From Octopus sinensis (lineage: Eukaryota): a stretch of 64,000 nt of DNA. The notes below the pieces were generated by a model. The model searched no databases. It was not told where the DNA came from and worked only from the letters and a program-made list of their open reading frames with translations. A program made the position numbers and the translations under genes. How positions within the stretch are numbered: position 1 is the stretch's first letter; every line of letters begins with the position of its first letter. The stretch lies in NCBI RefSeq assembly GCF_006345805.1, contig NC_043003.1, positions 109,740,001 to 109,804,000 of the forward strand, given 5' to 3'. Below, one piece after another: positions 13,510 through 26,149 of the stretch.

Positions 13510-14289
13510 CATATATAGTTTTATAAATTTGAGTTTGCCAAATTATATTTGTCTCTCTGATTATTTATAATTAGAATAGTTTAATGATACTGTACTAACA
13601 GACACAGAGAATAGCCGAAACGTTATATTAATCTCATATAACCAGATACAACGCAAGATTTTGCAGAGAAGAGTTGATAGTTCAGCAATATATTTATCGT
13701 TTCTCAGTTAGATAATGGGTAAACTCAACTCCAGCTGAGTTGACCTCAGAATGCAAAGAAATAAACAGACACGTGATTGATTATCGGTAAGAAATTTAGT
13801 TTCATTGTTCTACTGGTGCTTCCACTCACTTTCTTTTCTTGAAGAGTCTAACAAATTACTTTCCCCAGCTAAGACACTTGACTAATTTACTAAATTTAAA
13901 TGACTAGCCTAGATACTATAGAAACATCAGTTTATTGATTTAAGCAGACGTAAAGCATAAATTTTGCAGTTACCTCATTTACTTGCGGTAATGCGTTTGA
14001 TTGTTAGGAAGGTGAAGGACTGGGTATTGATCCAGCACCAAAACTGCGTAACAAACACCCTTGCAGGTATCGATGAAATACTATCTTGTAACCTTCCTGC
14101 ACTGTGTTTCAAGATTAGCTGTTTAAAACTAGAAACATTTCTGAAACCAGGTTTTAATTAGTGGACATTTGAATTAATATGACTGTTAATAAAAGCACAA
14201 TTTGTTATTGTGATATCCTCACTACAATAAAACGATAATGTATTCTCAGTTGAGAATTGCTGATTGCGGTTTTCTATACATTATCTTGT

Positions 14290-14560
14290 GATGCACTAGG
14301 GTACATCATCAATGATGTTTTCTAGGATCGATAGGTATTTCGGATATTTCAACATTCAGCTATCCCCTCGCTAAGGCAAAATAACCAGGGTTCATGAAGC
14401 CCCAGCTTGTGTCCTATTAGCACTAACCCTTGTAGCATTGCCTTTTCCAAGGCTCATAATTTCTGATGCACAGTCAACTTGAGCCAGCTCCCGCTGCCTC
14501 CACAGCCAACTTGAAGGCTTTCTGTCTTCTGGCAATTACTATAGCAGACAGCATACAAAT
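14290..14560 (-). mobile_element. HERO-like (R2-group RLE) retrotransposon 3' end
   Basis: Minus strand encodes SSWLWRQRE (cf. HERO C-terminal SxWLWxxR), followed by GGACACAAGCTGGGGC...TGTTGAAATATCCGAAATACC...ACATCATTGATGATGT, resembling HERO 3' UTRs (from memory). Confidence 0.55.
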
Positions 14561-14989
14561 TTCAATTTTAACTTCTATTATTACAAACTAAACAACAATC
14601 GTAGATCATAGTTAGTGGTCCCCGCTTCATCTTCTTCTCGATTGTTCCTAATCTCTCTTTTGCTTCCCTCTCGCCCTATCGTCTAACGTATAAGACAATA
14701 CCGCATGGCTTTCTTTTGTAATGTTTTTTAATCGGTATATTTCTGGTGTCCATTAACTGATCAGAATCACAGCCCTCCAGGGATGTCTGTGAATTGTCAG
14801 AAATTCCAATTTTTGGAATTGAGGAAGATGACAATTGCATAAAAAATACAAGAAAAAAGAAACGTAAAACAAAACTAGTTAATTGGGTGTACTTTTTTTT
14901 CCATTTTTTGCTTTACTGAAGCAAATCTTATGCTTCGTGATTGTAATTATATTTTAAACTACTGAGCTACTTGTACACACAGACACACA

Positions 14990-15031
<42 letters not shown>

Positions 15032-15209
15032 TACACACACACATAGATACACACACACATAGATACACACACATAGATACACACACACATAGATACACAC
15101 AGAAACACAGACAGAGGCATAGACACACACACGCACACAGACACACATATGTGTGTATATGTATTTATATATACCTATCTATCTATCTGTCTGTCTGTCT
15201 GACAGTCTG

Positions 15210-15251
<42 letters not shown>

Positions 15252-15819
15252 ATATATATAATATATTCTTTTGAGCCCTTCCTTCACATATACACACATA
15301 TGTATATATGTTTGTAAATGTATCTGCCTATATATATATGTGTGTGTGTGTGTGTATGGGTATGTGTGTTTGTGTATGATTATATATATAGCACGACCAT
15401 ATATTGTCGTCTATCATGAAAGGAAAATTCTAGTTATTTTTTGATAATCAGCCATGAAAAAGTTATTTATTTATTTTCTGTTATTTTTCATTTATAGCTC
15501 CATTTTCTTTCCTCTGTAATATTTCTCTGCCATTCTTCAGACGCCGATTTTTTTTTTATATTTCCTTCAATGTTAGAAACTTACATAATTAGTTATATTG
15601 CTTCGTTGCTTATTTCTCATTTTCCATCCGATTTGTAACGTTGTGTAGACTGTGGATGCCTATTATTATTTTTTTCGACACTTGTTAATGTTTCCTCTAC
15701 AATGTGTAACTTTATTGGCTTTATATTTATTAGATTTTCTGCGCCTATGTTTCCGTGTGAAATTTATATTATATATAATATTAGTATGCGTGCGAGCGTT
15801 ACGCTTTTTCGTGTTAAGT

Positions 15820-16150
15820 TTAATTATGGAACGAAATCTGGAACATCATCACAATATTTACTGTTGAAACAATGAAACAAGCCTGAGTGTTATGCTATCA
15901 GCCAGCTTAACTATGGAACGAAATAGAAGACAAATTTGAAATATTTGATATAATAAAAAATATCCTTTGCTATGGAAGCGAAATAGTAAATATAATTGAA
16001 ATATTTAACAATCAAGTGATAGTGTTTCACATTCGACAAGCTTAACTATGGAACGACATCGAAGATATAAGAGAAATATTTAACATACTAGCAGAAGGCC
16101 ATAGAGGTCATCATAAAATTTATGCACGAAATAGAAATATGAACATTTAT
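15820..16150. repeat. imperfect tandem repeat of (AACT)ATGGAACGAAAT...GAAATATTT
   Basis: Motif recurs near 15826, 15910, 15970, 16045 and 16125. Confidence 0.6.
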
Positions 16151-16481
16151 TAGGCGCAGCTTTACCGTTAGGAGAGCAGATCAGCAGATATAATCGAATC
16201 CAAGTCCTTCAACATGGGAGGATCTGAGTTCGACTCCCCTGCCTGTTTGTCGACAACTTTTTCCGCCTTTTATAGATAATTTACAAATTATTTCTGCTGT
16301 TCTAACGCCAATGGTGCGTTCGAAAAAAATATTACCTTCTTGTTTGTATCGTACAAAACATTCGATGATTCTAATAAAAAACAAAAACAAAAGTAAGTTT
16401 GGTTATATATATATATATATATATATACTCACACACACACACACACACACATACATATATACTTATGCATATGTATGTATG

Positions 16482-16515
<34 letters not shown>

Positions 16516-16554
16516 TGTATGTATGCATGTATGTATGTATGTGTATATATATAT

Positions 16555-17107
16555 CGTAAATCCCCCCAAAGAACAAAAAACACAAAAAAAGCCAACAACG
16601 TGAGGATGTGGTGCATGTAAAGTATTAGCAGACGCTCAGGGACGGCGAGAAAGGTGGTTTTACGTTTCGATTAATGCTTTTCTTCGCAAACAGGAAATTC
16701 CAATAGAAAGGAAGACGGAGGAAGAAAATCGCCAACGATTCACATGCAGTTACATTTTGGAAGGACCGGAAGGGAATGGGTGAAGAAAAAGTTCTTTCTA
16801 AGACAAAAGAGTGTCAAAAAGGAAAAGAGAAAGAGAAAATACAAGGAGAGTGGAAGTTAGAACAGAAGATAGGTTGAGGGAAGACGAGTCAAAAAGGAAG
16901 AGTCCCGGACAAATAATGATTCGCAATCAAGGTGCAGAAATGGCGTATTCCGAATGAACAAGGTAATGTAATCTGATGGTAGAAATAATTCCGCGAATTA
17001 GGTACACCAAAGTCACTCAGAAGGCCGGGGTTCGTGGCAGCGTGCGGTGTGTAGCAAATCCCAAAGAAAAACAACAAACACAAAAAACAACAACGAGAGG
17101 ATGTGGT

Positions 17108-17110
<3 letters not shown>
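16555..17110 (-). mobile_element. family HH-C element with terminal direct repeat
   Basis: AAATCCC..AAAGAA...CAACAACG.GAGGATGTGGT at about 16558 and 17057; degenerate hammerhead at 16655-16692; inverted homology to 17294-17558. Confidence 0.6.
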
Positions 17111-17145
<35 letters not shown>

Positions 17146-17155
17146 GTATGTATAT

Positions 17156-17189
<34 letters not shown>

Positions 17190-17203
17190 ATATATATATA
17201 TTA

Positions 17204-17234
<31 letters not shown>

Positions 17235-17293
17235 GTATATATATATATACACATATATATATATGTGTGTATGTGTGTGTATATATATATATG

Positions 17294-17550
17294 CACTCTC
17301 CTGTCTTTGAAAGAACTTTTCTTCACCCATTTCCTTCCGGTCATTCAAAATGTGACCGTTTGTGTACCGTTGGCGATTTTTTTTCCACTGTCTTCCCTTC
17401 TCTGGATCTTTCCTTCTCCTATGTTTCCGACGAAGAGCTCCGCTCGAAACGTTAAACCCTCCTTCTTTACTTCTTTCCTGAGCGTCCAATAATACTATAT
17501 TTGTTCCACGTCCTCGCGTTGTTGTGTTTTTTGTGCTTTCTTGTTTGGAT

Positions 17551-17558
<8 letters not shown>
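17294..17558 (+). mobile_element. family HH-C element with minimal hammerhead motif
   Basis: 17423-17457 GTTT-CCGACGA-A-GAGC-TCC-GCTC-GAAA-CG-TT-AAAC; (TA)n on both sides. Confidence 0.7.
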
Positions 17559-17596
<38 letters not shown>

Positions 17597-17835
17597 GTGT
17601 GTGTGTGTGTGTGTGTGTGTGTGTAAGTGTGTGAGTAACTGTGTGATAGGAAGTTTGCTTTCCAGCCACATGCTTCCGGCTTCAATTGCCAAATACCATC
17701 GGGCCGACCGAAGCTTTGTGAATGGTTTAGGCAGAAGGAAGGTGATAGAATTCTGTGGTATGTGTGCCTTTGTGTGTGTGTGTGTGTGTGTGTATGTGTG
17801 TGTGTATGTGTGTGTGTGTGTATGTATACACGCAT

Positions 17836-18125
17836 ACAGGCCGCGATGGGTAAATTGTCTCCATTTTATAATTTCAATTTCGCGCAGGCACAAATTTTGT
17901 TTTTGATTTTGTCGATTACAGAGTATGGTAGGTTTCGTTGGGCACCGTCTATGAGTATAACAGTGCCGTGACGCAATTCTCTCTGCCAGAAATTTGGAAA
18001 CGACATGCTGTACTGCTTGGCATTCGTGCCGGAAGCTCCAATACAAACATTTCAGAGTGTTTGGGTGTCAGTCTGTGGACAGTGCAGAGGATTCGGAAAG
18101 AGCTGCATCAGTCTAATGGTAATTA
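17836..18125 (+). mobile_element. Tc1/mariner-superfamily (maT-like) transposon 5' fragment
   Basis: TA|CAGG TIR-like start; HTH-like KRHAVLLGIRAGSSNTNISECLGVSLWTVQRIRKEL. Confidence 0.6.
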
Positions 18126-18650
18126 CGCGCGCGTGCACACACACACACACACACTATATGCATGCACGATTTATTGATTTGACATAGTCCATAGAAGTTA
18201 CTGGTCTTTACTTCGAAGATGGTTAAATAATTGACCTCAAACCCTGTCAGGCTACTTCGGTAATTTGAGATGAATCAGTTTATTTTAATAATGTTCTTTT
18301 TATCTTCTTTTTTTATTTAGCTTTTTGTAGAAGTATCTATTGCCCATTAAGTCGTTCCGAACCATGTCTCTGGAATGGATTTTGTCCATAATTGTGATTG
18401 CTCTCCACTTTTCAGCTTCTTTGATAATTATCGTAGGCAGAGTATGTCGTCTTCTAAGTACTTGTCTCCATTTAAGGGTGATGTGAATCGTATTCTGTCA
18501 TCTGTATATATTATATATATATATATATATATGTACACCTATGTATGTATGTATGTATGTATGTATGTATGTATGTATCTATCTATCTATCTATCTGTGT
18601 GTTTGTATGACTGCCTACTTCTTTGTCAGTCTGTCTGCTTATATATGTGC

Positions 18651-18683
<33 letters not shown>

Positions 18684-18741
18684 ATATATATATTATATAT
18701 ATATATATAATATATATATATATTATATATATATGTATATA

Positions 18742-18819
<78 letters not shown>

Positions 18820-18821
<2 letters not shown>

Positions 18822-19540
18822 AATTTGTTGCCTAATACGATAAAAAAACCAAGGCTGTATAGATATTAGACCATTTATAGATAGAAGGTCTTACAGCTGT
18901 TTCTAGGATATTAATTAATAATATCCTTTCATCGGATACGATGTGAGAGGAAAAATTTAGTCATAGTTAGTTTCGATGTGATGCAAAATAGAGAGTGAAG
19001 TGGAAGAAAGAAAATAGATGTAAGATATGTATGGGTATTGAATTTGTAAATCCGCTTTATAGGCATAATGGTATACATGCAATATTCCAATATCCTTTGA
19101 GTAAAATGCAAACGTCTAACAGAGTTTAATATGAGTCCTTCCAAATATAGAATTTATAAGCAATGACTCATATTAAACTCTTTTAAAATTTACTAAAGAT
19201 GATCTTTTGTATGTCCAAACAGAGAAAACTGTAGTGTTCTTAGAATAAAAAGGATGTTTACATTTTCGAATACTCAGGGAGAAAGGGAAGGATAGGTATT
19301 TACAGAAGTTGTAAATATTAAAGTTTTTAAAGCTGATCGCCTGTGTTTTCGAAACCTAAATATATGTAAGTTTCTTAACTCATTTTCAGGGAAATTTGAA
19401 ACACTCAAAGGAAATTGTTGATATTCCAGTCTTTGAGAGTTATTTTTCAGTTGTCCTGCTGGGTTCTATTAGTGTTTCGGTGTCTTCAGCTGCTGACTGG
19501 TTAGAACAGCGAAGAACACGTCCAGCCGCTGTCAAGGCTG
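18820..19540 (-). mobile_element. Penelope-like terminal fragment with hammerhead (family HH-D)
   Basis: Reverse complement of 18889-18938 = CCGATGA-AAGGATATTATTAATTAATATCCTA-GAAA-CAGCTG-TA-AGA; 3' end abuts (TA)n; extent beyond about 18950 uncertain. Confidence 0.55.
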
Positions 19541-19559
19541 GTGCTGTATTATTATTATT

Positions 19560-19919
<360 letters not shown>

Positions 19920-19938
19920 TTGTTGCTGTTATTGTTAA

Positions 19939-20055
19939 GGTGGCGAGCTGGCAGAATCGATAACACGCCGGATAAAATGCTTATCGACATTTCATCCATC
20001 TTTCCGTTCTGAGTTCAAATGCCACCAAGATCAACTTTGCCTTTCATTCTTTCGT
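19939..20055 (+). mobile_element. SINE family A, 5' part
   Basis: GGTGGCGAGCTGGCAGAATCG...TTCTGAGTTCAAAT...ACTTTGCCTTTCATTCTTTCG. Confidence 0.8.
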
Positions 20056-20084
20056 AGCATTTGGTATAAAGCAGGCTCCTCTTT

Positions 20085-20380
20085 GCCAATACCATTCCTC
20101 TTAGTCAATCTCGCCAACGAGTACCGTTTGTTATCTTTTGCTGTTCCCAAAGAACAACAGCTGTAAATCTTGGCCATAACTATTTATCACACTCTGTTCT
20201 GACCTTTTCTATCTGTGTTGCAATGCTGTCCCTTACTGTCCTTAACGCCCCTATGAATATTTGTATGATAGCTACGTTCTTCGTATTCCACATCTTAATG
20301 ATTTTATACTTCACCTCATTCAAATTTGTCAACTTTTCTGCTTCTTTACTTTCCATTCGCGTGATGAATTTTATCAACCA
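20085..20380 (-). mobile_element. degenerate R4/Dong RLE-domain fragment
   Basis: KEAEKLTNLNEVKYKIIKMWNTKNVAIIQIFIGAL resembles KExEKxxKYxxL...MW...IPIVIGALG. Confidence 0.65.
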
Positions 20381-20419
20381 CCATGATGTAATTTCATAGC
20401 TCCTAAAGGCCGTCATCAA

Positions 20420-20795
<376 letters not shown>

Positions 20796-22694
20796 CTTCA
20801 GAGATCGGATTTAGTTATTTTAGAATTTTGACTCACTAGCTTCTGCTATTACTGATACCGAGAATTTATTTGTAATTTTAATTATATCCATTTAATCAAC
20901 TTCCGAGCTGAAAGGGTGTCCATTTAAAGCGCCGTAAGTTAATATATTGTAATTAAACAACGTAAATTGGAATTTCGTGATTTCGTTTGTTTTGTTTTTA
21001 GACTGCGTGCAAATTTCCTCTGAGAGGAACACAAGATATATCTCTGAGGCGGCAATTTATATGGCGACAACAGCAGTAACAACAACAAAAATGTAAATTT
21101 CTATATAACACCGATACGATATACCATGCCCTCCGACATCTATTTAGGCATATTTTAGTTACGTTTATTTCAGTTGGCTGCAGAAAGTTCATGAACGATA
21201 GTTTTTGAGAAGAGAGGCGGCTAAGGAGACGAAGGGTAGCTCGATGATTTCAGTCGATAGCTTTGCTGATGTAGAATTAAAGATTCTGACTTGGTGTCAG
21301 TTAAAAGGTTGACGTTTCTACGTGTTGCTGTCGTCAGTGATGTATAAACCTTTACGGACTTCGGAAATTGTGGCCAAGACAGTCTCTGTCCGTTGCATAT
21401 GCTTTGGTGGAACTCTGATTATTTTAGGCCAATTGATACGCTTGATTCGGTTGACAACCAGTAATTTTCAGCTATTCTCAACTGTAATTGGTTCGAATTC
21501 AAAGGTTTATATATAGCGGATTTTACGGTTGTCCGAGTTTATTTGACTTAGCGGAACTGATTTATATTTTGGATGAATAAGAGGTGATAGCAAGAGTACT
21601 AAAAATTTAATTAGTGTTTGTTACTGAAATGTAATTAAGATGTCTGTGTTTGGTTTAGGGCAGATTGAATTGATAGGAATTGAGACATGGTGGCCATGAT
21701 GGTCAGTCACAATCAACAGTGAACTGAGCAAATATTCTTTGAGAGAAAAAAGCCCGGACGTATTAGATGCAGTGGTTAATGTGTTCATCGCTTCCAGTGT
21801 GTATCATGCCTCACTGTCAAAGGTCGTTTCAGAGGAGTATTGCTGCCTGATATATTTCAGGGGTTTATTTACAACGTGAAGCCATCTTAATTTTGTGTTA
21901 CTGCCTGATGCAGCTTCAGCCATGAACCTGATACCACTCCAATTCTGTATTACCGTCTGATGCTTGTGTTTCACCCACAATGACGCTTTCTAAAACAAAA
22001 GTTTTCTTTATTTGTAAAATAAACTATAAAGAATGTGTTCACATTCTCATTTCAATAACAGCGAAACTTTGTAAGATTCAAGTATATTTCAATAATTTGA
22101 TTTGCGCTTTATCAGGTATAAAACAGGGATTATCTAATTAAGGACGGGCTGTCAAAAGCACATTAAGCAGTACATTAATGTTCTAAACTGATTTATTACT
22201 AATTTATATAGTAATTAATCAATGTTACTGGTTACAGAAGGAAGCCGTGTACGCCTTCTCTGAGGAGCAGTCAACAAAAAAGCGAATGTTCCGTCAAGAG
22301 ACTTTCCCCCCCACTGTATTTCAAAAGCATAAAAAGAATGTATTTACAGCCTTAATTCACCAATTGAGGCTTTGCAATATTTATTTGTATTTTAATTATT
22401 TTAATTTACGCTATGTTGTGTAAAAAATAGATATTGTTTAACTAAAAACGAGCGGTCAAAAGCACAAATTTGCAAATTAAGCTATCAGCCACACCGCTTT
22501 ATGACTGATTTATATAGCATCTTGTTTATCCTATTGGTTGGAAAAGGAAGGGATATGTCTTCTCTGAGAAGCAATCAACAAACTATGGAACGGTCCATCA
22601 GTAGACACCCTCTTCTTTTCTTTTTACTGCATATGAATACAATAGAAAGAATGTGTAGAAATTCTTATTTCACCTCCAGTGAGGCTGTATAATA

Positions 22695-22890
22695 TTGGTT
22701 TCCCATTTTGCTACAAGGTCAGCATTTTCTGTGGGGTGGGTAAATCGATTACTTATTTTATCAACCCGCTGCGATATATACTGAAAGGCAAAGTTAACCT
22801 CGGCGGAATTTGAACTCAGAAAGTAAAGACGGACGAAATGCCGCTAAGCATTTCGCCTGGTGTTCTAGCGGTTCTGCCAGATCACCACCT
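22695..22890 (-). mobile_element. SINE family A
   Basis: TGAAAGGCAAAGTTAACCTCGGCGGAATTTGAACTCAGAA...GCTAAGCATTTCGCC. Confidence 0.8.
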
Positions 22891-23149
22891 TGAGGCTTTG
22901 TAATATTTGAATTTATTTCGGTTCTTCTGAAATTAATAGATAAATAAATAAGTAACTAGATATTAACAGAAAACATAATTCTGTGTGAACTGTGCCAGCA
23001 ATTTTATATTTAATCTCTATATGTCATGAAGTCAAAACAAGTGAGAAAAACTGCGGCTTGAAGAAGATTTGGCTGTTATTTCTAGCGTCCACATAAATGT
23101 ATCGTGAGTAAACTCAGACAATACGAAGAATTTACATCCAGTGTCTTCA

Positions 23150-24050
23150 TTTCCTATGCTTTCTTTATGGCTCGCTCATATTTTAAAGTCACCTAGATAT
23201 ATTTTCTCGTTATTTTTCCTAGGTAAACACTAATCTTTCGCTGCCATCAAGAAGCTTTCGGTGTCTGCTTTTAATTATGAGTTTTCTGTGAGCCAATGGC
23301 TTGACGGTTGTTCTATGCTAATTCTCTCAGCTCTCTTCTATTATCGACAAAGTGAAGCAATTTTTCAGTCATCTTTGTTTATCATAACATTTTCAAGTGG
23401 GTCTTTAAAACTTACGCTTTTGTTTTGTAAGGATTCGTTTGTTTTTTTATCGACTTCTCCAACGTCTTTCGTTGTCATTGTCAGTCTTCTTGAAAATAGA
23501 TAATAAATGCTAAAGTTTTTTGTTTTCTTACCTATTTATATAATTTAGTAGTTATTTTCTGATATATATTTTTGGAAATTTACAGTAACTAACTTAATTA
23601 AACTTCAAATTACAGAATTCCTCGTCTGCATCATCTGATAAATACAGTGAGTGCAGAGTCTTCATCTCTCTCTTTTTCTCTCTTATTCTTATTATGGCAA
23701 ACAACTTTCTGTAAAGATGGGGCGCCTTTCTTTCTTATAATGTAATATTAATTGTCTTTTACTTATGTTTCTTTATTTTTTAAGATGAAACCTTCAGTGT
23801 CTGCTTCTTGATGGGATATTTCAAATTTTCTTTATATCTTTAGTTTTCTTATTTCATATTTAATTGATTTTATAATTTATTACATTAAAGTTTTATAATT
23901 TACATTAATTACATCTAGTATGGTTACTTTAGTAATACTTACTAACATATTCTTAGTTGGTAGTTCGGTCCTACTATCTGTATACGCTTGCATTCTAGAA
24001 TTCTGTATCTTTATTTTTCGTTCCTAGACAATTTTATGCCCACTTTCGCT
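23150..24050 (-). mobile_element. highly decayed, internally deleted R4/Dong relic
   Basis: Minus strand SSHWLTENS*LKADTESFLMAAKD*CLPR parallels WL...TESLIIAAQDQAL of the 1213-3185 copy; upstream end abuts (TAA)n. Confidence 0.5.
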
Positions 24051-24119
24051 CGAATGTTATAATTATTATTATAATTATTATTATTATTATTATTATAATT
24101 ATTATTATAATTATCATTA

Positions 24120-24191
<72 letters not shown>

Positions 24192-24216
24192 CATTATTAT
24201 TATTGTTATCATTATT

Positions 24217-24772
24217 GAGTGAGAGAGCAGTTCATGCCATCAAAGTGACACTGGGGTAAAATATACGAAGCCCAATATACCCATCATGCCTACCCGTCTG
24301 ATAAGGGTACACCAGGAACATGCACCACAATCATATGTGCGCGACATGGTGATCTCATATCAAGATAAACAGCACATGACCTTGCAGGTGGGGCCCAGTT
24401 GGAATTTTCTTCAGGTTGAGTAGCCCATCCCGCTCAAAAGGTCCCTAAATAAGGGTTGTTTAAGGATGTTGAAAGAACCACCCATGTTTCCAGTGGTGAA
24501 TTATTCAAACCCCAAAGAATCCCTCTCAACACATGGCTATGATGCTCCCCTACTACTTCTGCTCGTGATCAGAGATGCACATATCGTCAGCCACCAAGGG
24601 ACATACTCAAGTGGTTAACGTCAAACAACTGACAAGCAAATCTGTGGTATTGAGCAGAATATTTGCTGTAGCCCATCTTTTATACCAAGACAAAACAATG
24701 TACATGATAACACTTCCAATCAGTTAAGATCAGAAGCCATGAGAGCCACAGCCTGGTACTGCATCAGGGCAT
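24217..24772 (-). mobile_element. 556-bp non-coding element in (TAA)n, copy 1
   Basis: Nearly identical to 24914-25469 with the same boundaries; (ATT)n on both sides; orientation inferred from the 5' motif shared with the Dong LINE. Confidence 0.8.
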
Positions 24773-24862
24773 TTATTATTATTATTATTATTATTAATTA
24801 TTATTATTAATTATTATTATTATTATTATTATATTATTATTATGTTATTATTATTATTATTA

Positions 24863-24894
<32 letters not shown>

Positions 24895-24913
24895 CATTAT
24901 TATTATTATTATT

Positions 24914-25469
24914 GAGTGAGAGAGCAGTTCATGCCATCAAAGTGACACTGGGGTAAAATATACGAAGCCCAATATACCCATCATGACTACCCGTCTGATA
25001 AAGGTACACCTGGCACATGCATCACAACCATATGTGCGCGACATGGTGATCTCATATCAATTTAAACAGCACATGACCTTGCAGGTGGGGCCCAGTTAGA
25101 ATTTTCTTCAGGTTGAGTAGCCCATCCCGCTCAAACGGTCCCTGAATAAGGGTTGTTTAAGGATGTTGAAAGAACCACCCATGTTTCCAGAGGTGAACTA
25201 TTCAAACCCCAAAGAATCCCTCTCAACACATGGCTATGATGCTCCCCCACTACTTCTGTTCGTGATCAGAGATGCACATATCGTCAGCCACCAAGGGACA
25301 TACTCAACTGGTTAAGGTCAAACAACTGACAAGCAAATCTGTGGTATTGAGCAGAATATTTGCTGTAGCCCATCTTTTATACCAAGACAAAACAATGTAC
25401 ATGATAACACTTCCAATCAGTTAAGATCAGAAGCCATGAGAGCCACTGCCTGGTACTGCATCAGGACAT
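24914..25469 (-). mobile_element. 556-bp non-coding element in (TAA)n, copy 2
   Basis: As copy 1, with scattered substitutions. Confidence 0.8.
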
Positions 25470-25519
25470 TTATTATTATTATTATTATTATTGTTATTAG
25501 TATCATCATTATTATTAAT

Positions 25520-26135
25520 AACTCGTCCCACACGTGACAGCAGTCGTTCGACATAAACCCACAGGTTGGAAACGGTTGGACACTGCACGAGTGCGTGCAG
25601 AACGGTTTCGTCGCTCTGACCGTATCTCGGGCAGGTCGGCCCCGTGTTTTTCGAGCCGTGTCCGTAGAGCTTATCTCGAACGGGTAGCGCTTCTCGGTAG
25701 CACTGCCAGGCCAGGGATTCCTGGAAGTTGTCCATAGGTCCTGGCCCGAAAGTCGTCCTGAACAGGCGGGTCAGGTTTTCCTCGTCGACGCCCAGGTTCG
25801 CCCCGAGCTCGTAGTCGTACCTCCCCTCCACTAATCCCCTATAGAATGCTTTGGTTGTGTTGAAGTCACTCAAGGTCCACCCAGGACTGCAGAGTTGCTT
25901 GAGAGCAACGCGACACTCGCGGTGCCATTCGCCCATCCTCGGCCTCTTTTTGATCCACGACTGCAGTTCGGTCATGGAGACGAGCTGTGGGAAAGCGTGC
26001 CTCACAAACGGCAACCACACCTGTTCACCGCTGTCTACGTAGAGCCGGAGATATCGCACTATCAGCGCGTGTCTGCGCATCATCAACCACGGCATGCCCA
26101 ATCCTCCTTTTAGCGGGTGTTGTTGCCCAGTCCTT
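25520..26135 (-). mobile_element. Tx1/L1-like LINE fragment with RT zinc-binding (zf-RVT) region
   Basis: GGLGMPWL...FQESLAWQCYREALPVRDKLYGHG...TCPRYGQSDETVLHALVQCP. Confidence 0.75.
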
Positions 26136-26149
26136 CTTTGAGCGGTTAA

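Noticed and set aside
24060-25520. CRISPR-like repeat/spacer organisation
   Set aside because: The 'repeats' are simple (ATT)n tracts and the 'spacers' are near-identical 556-bp copies in a eukaryotic context with no cas genes.
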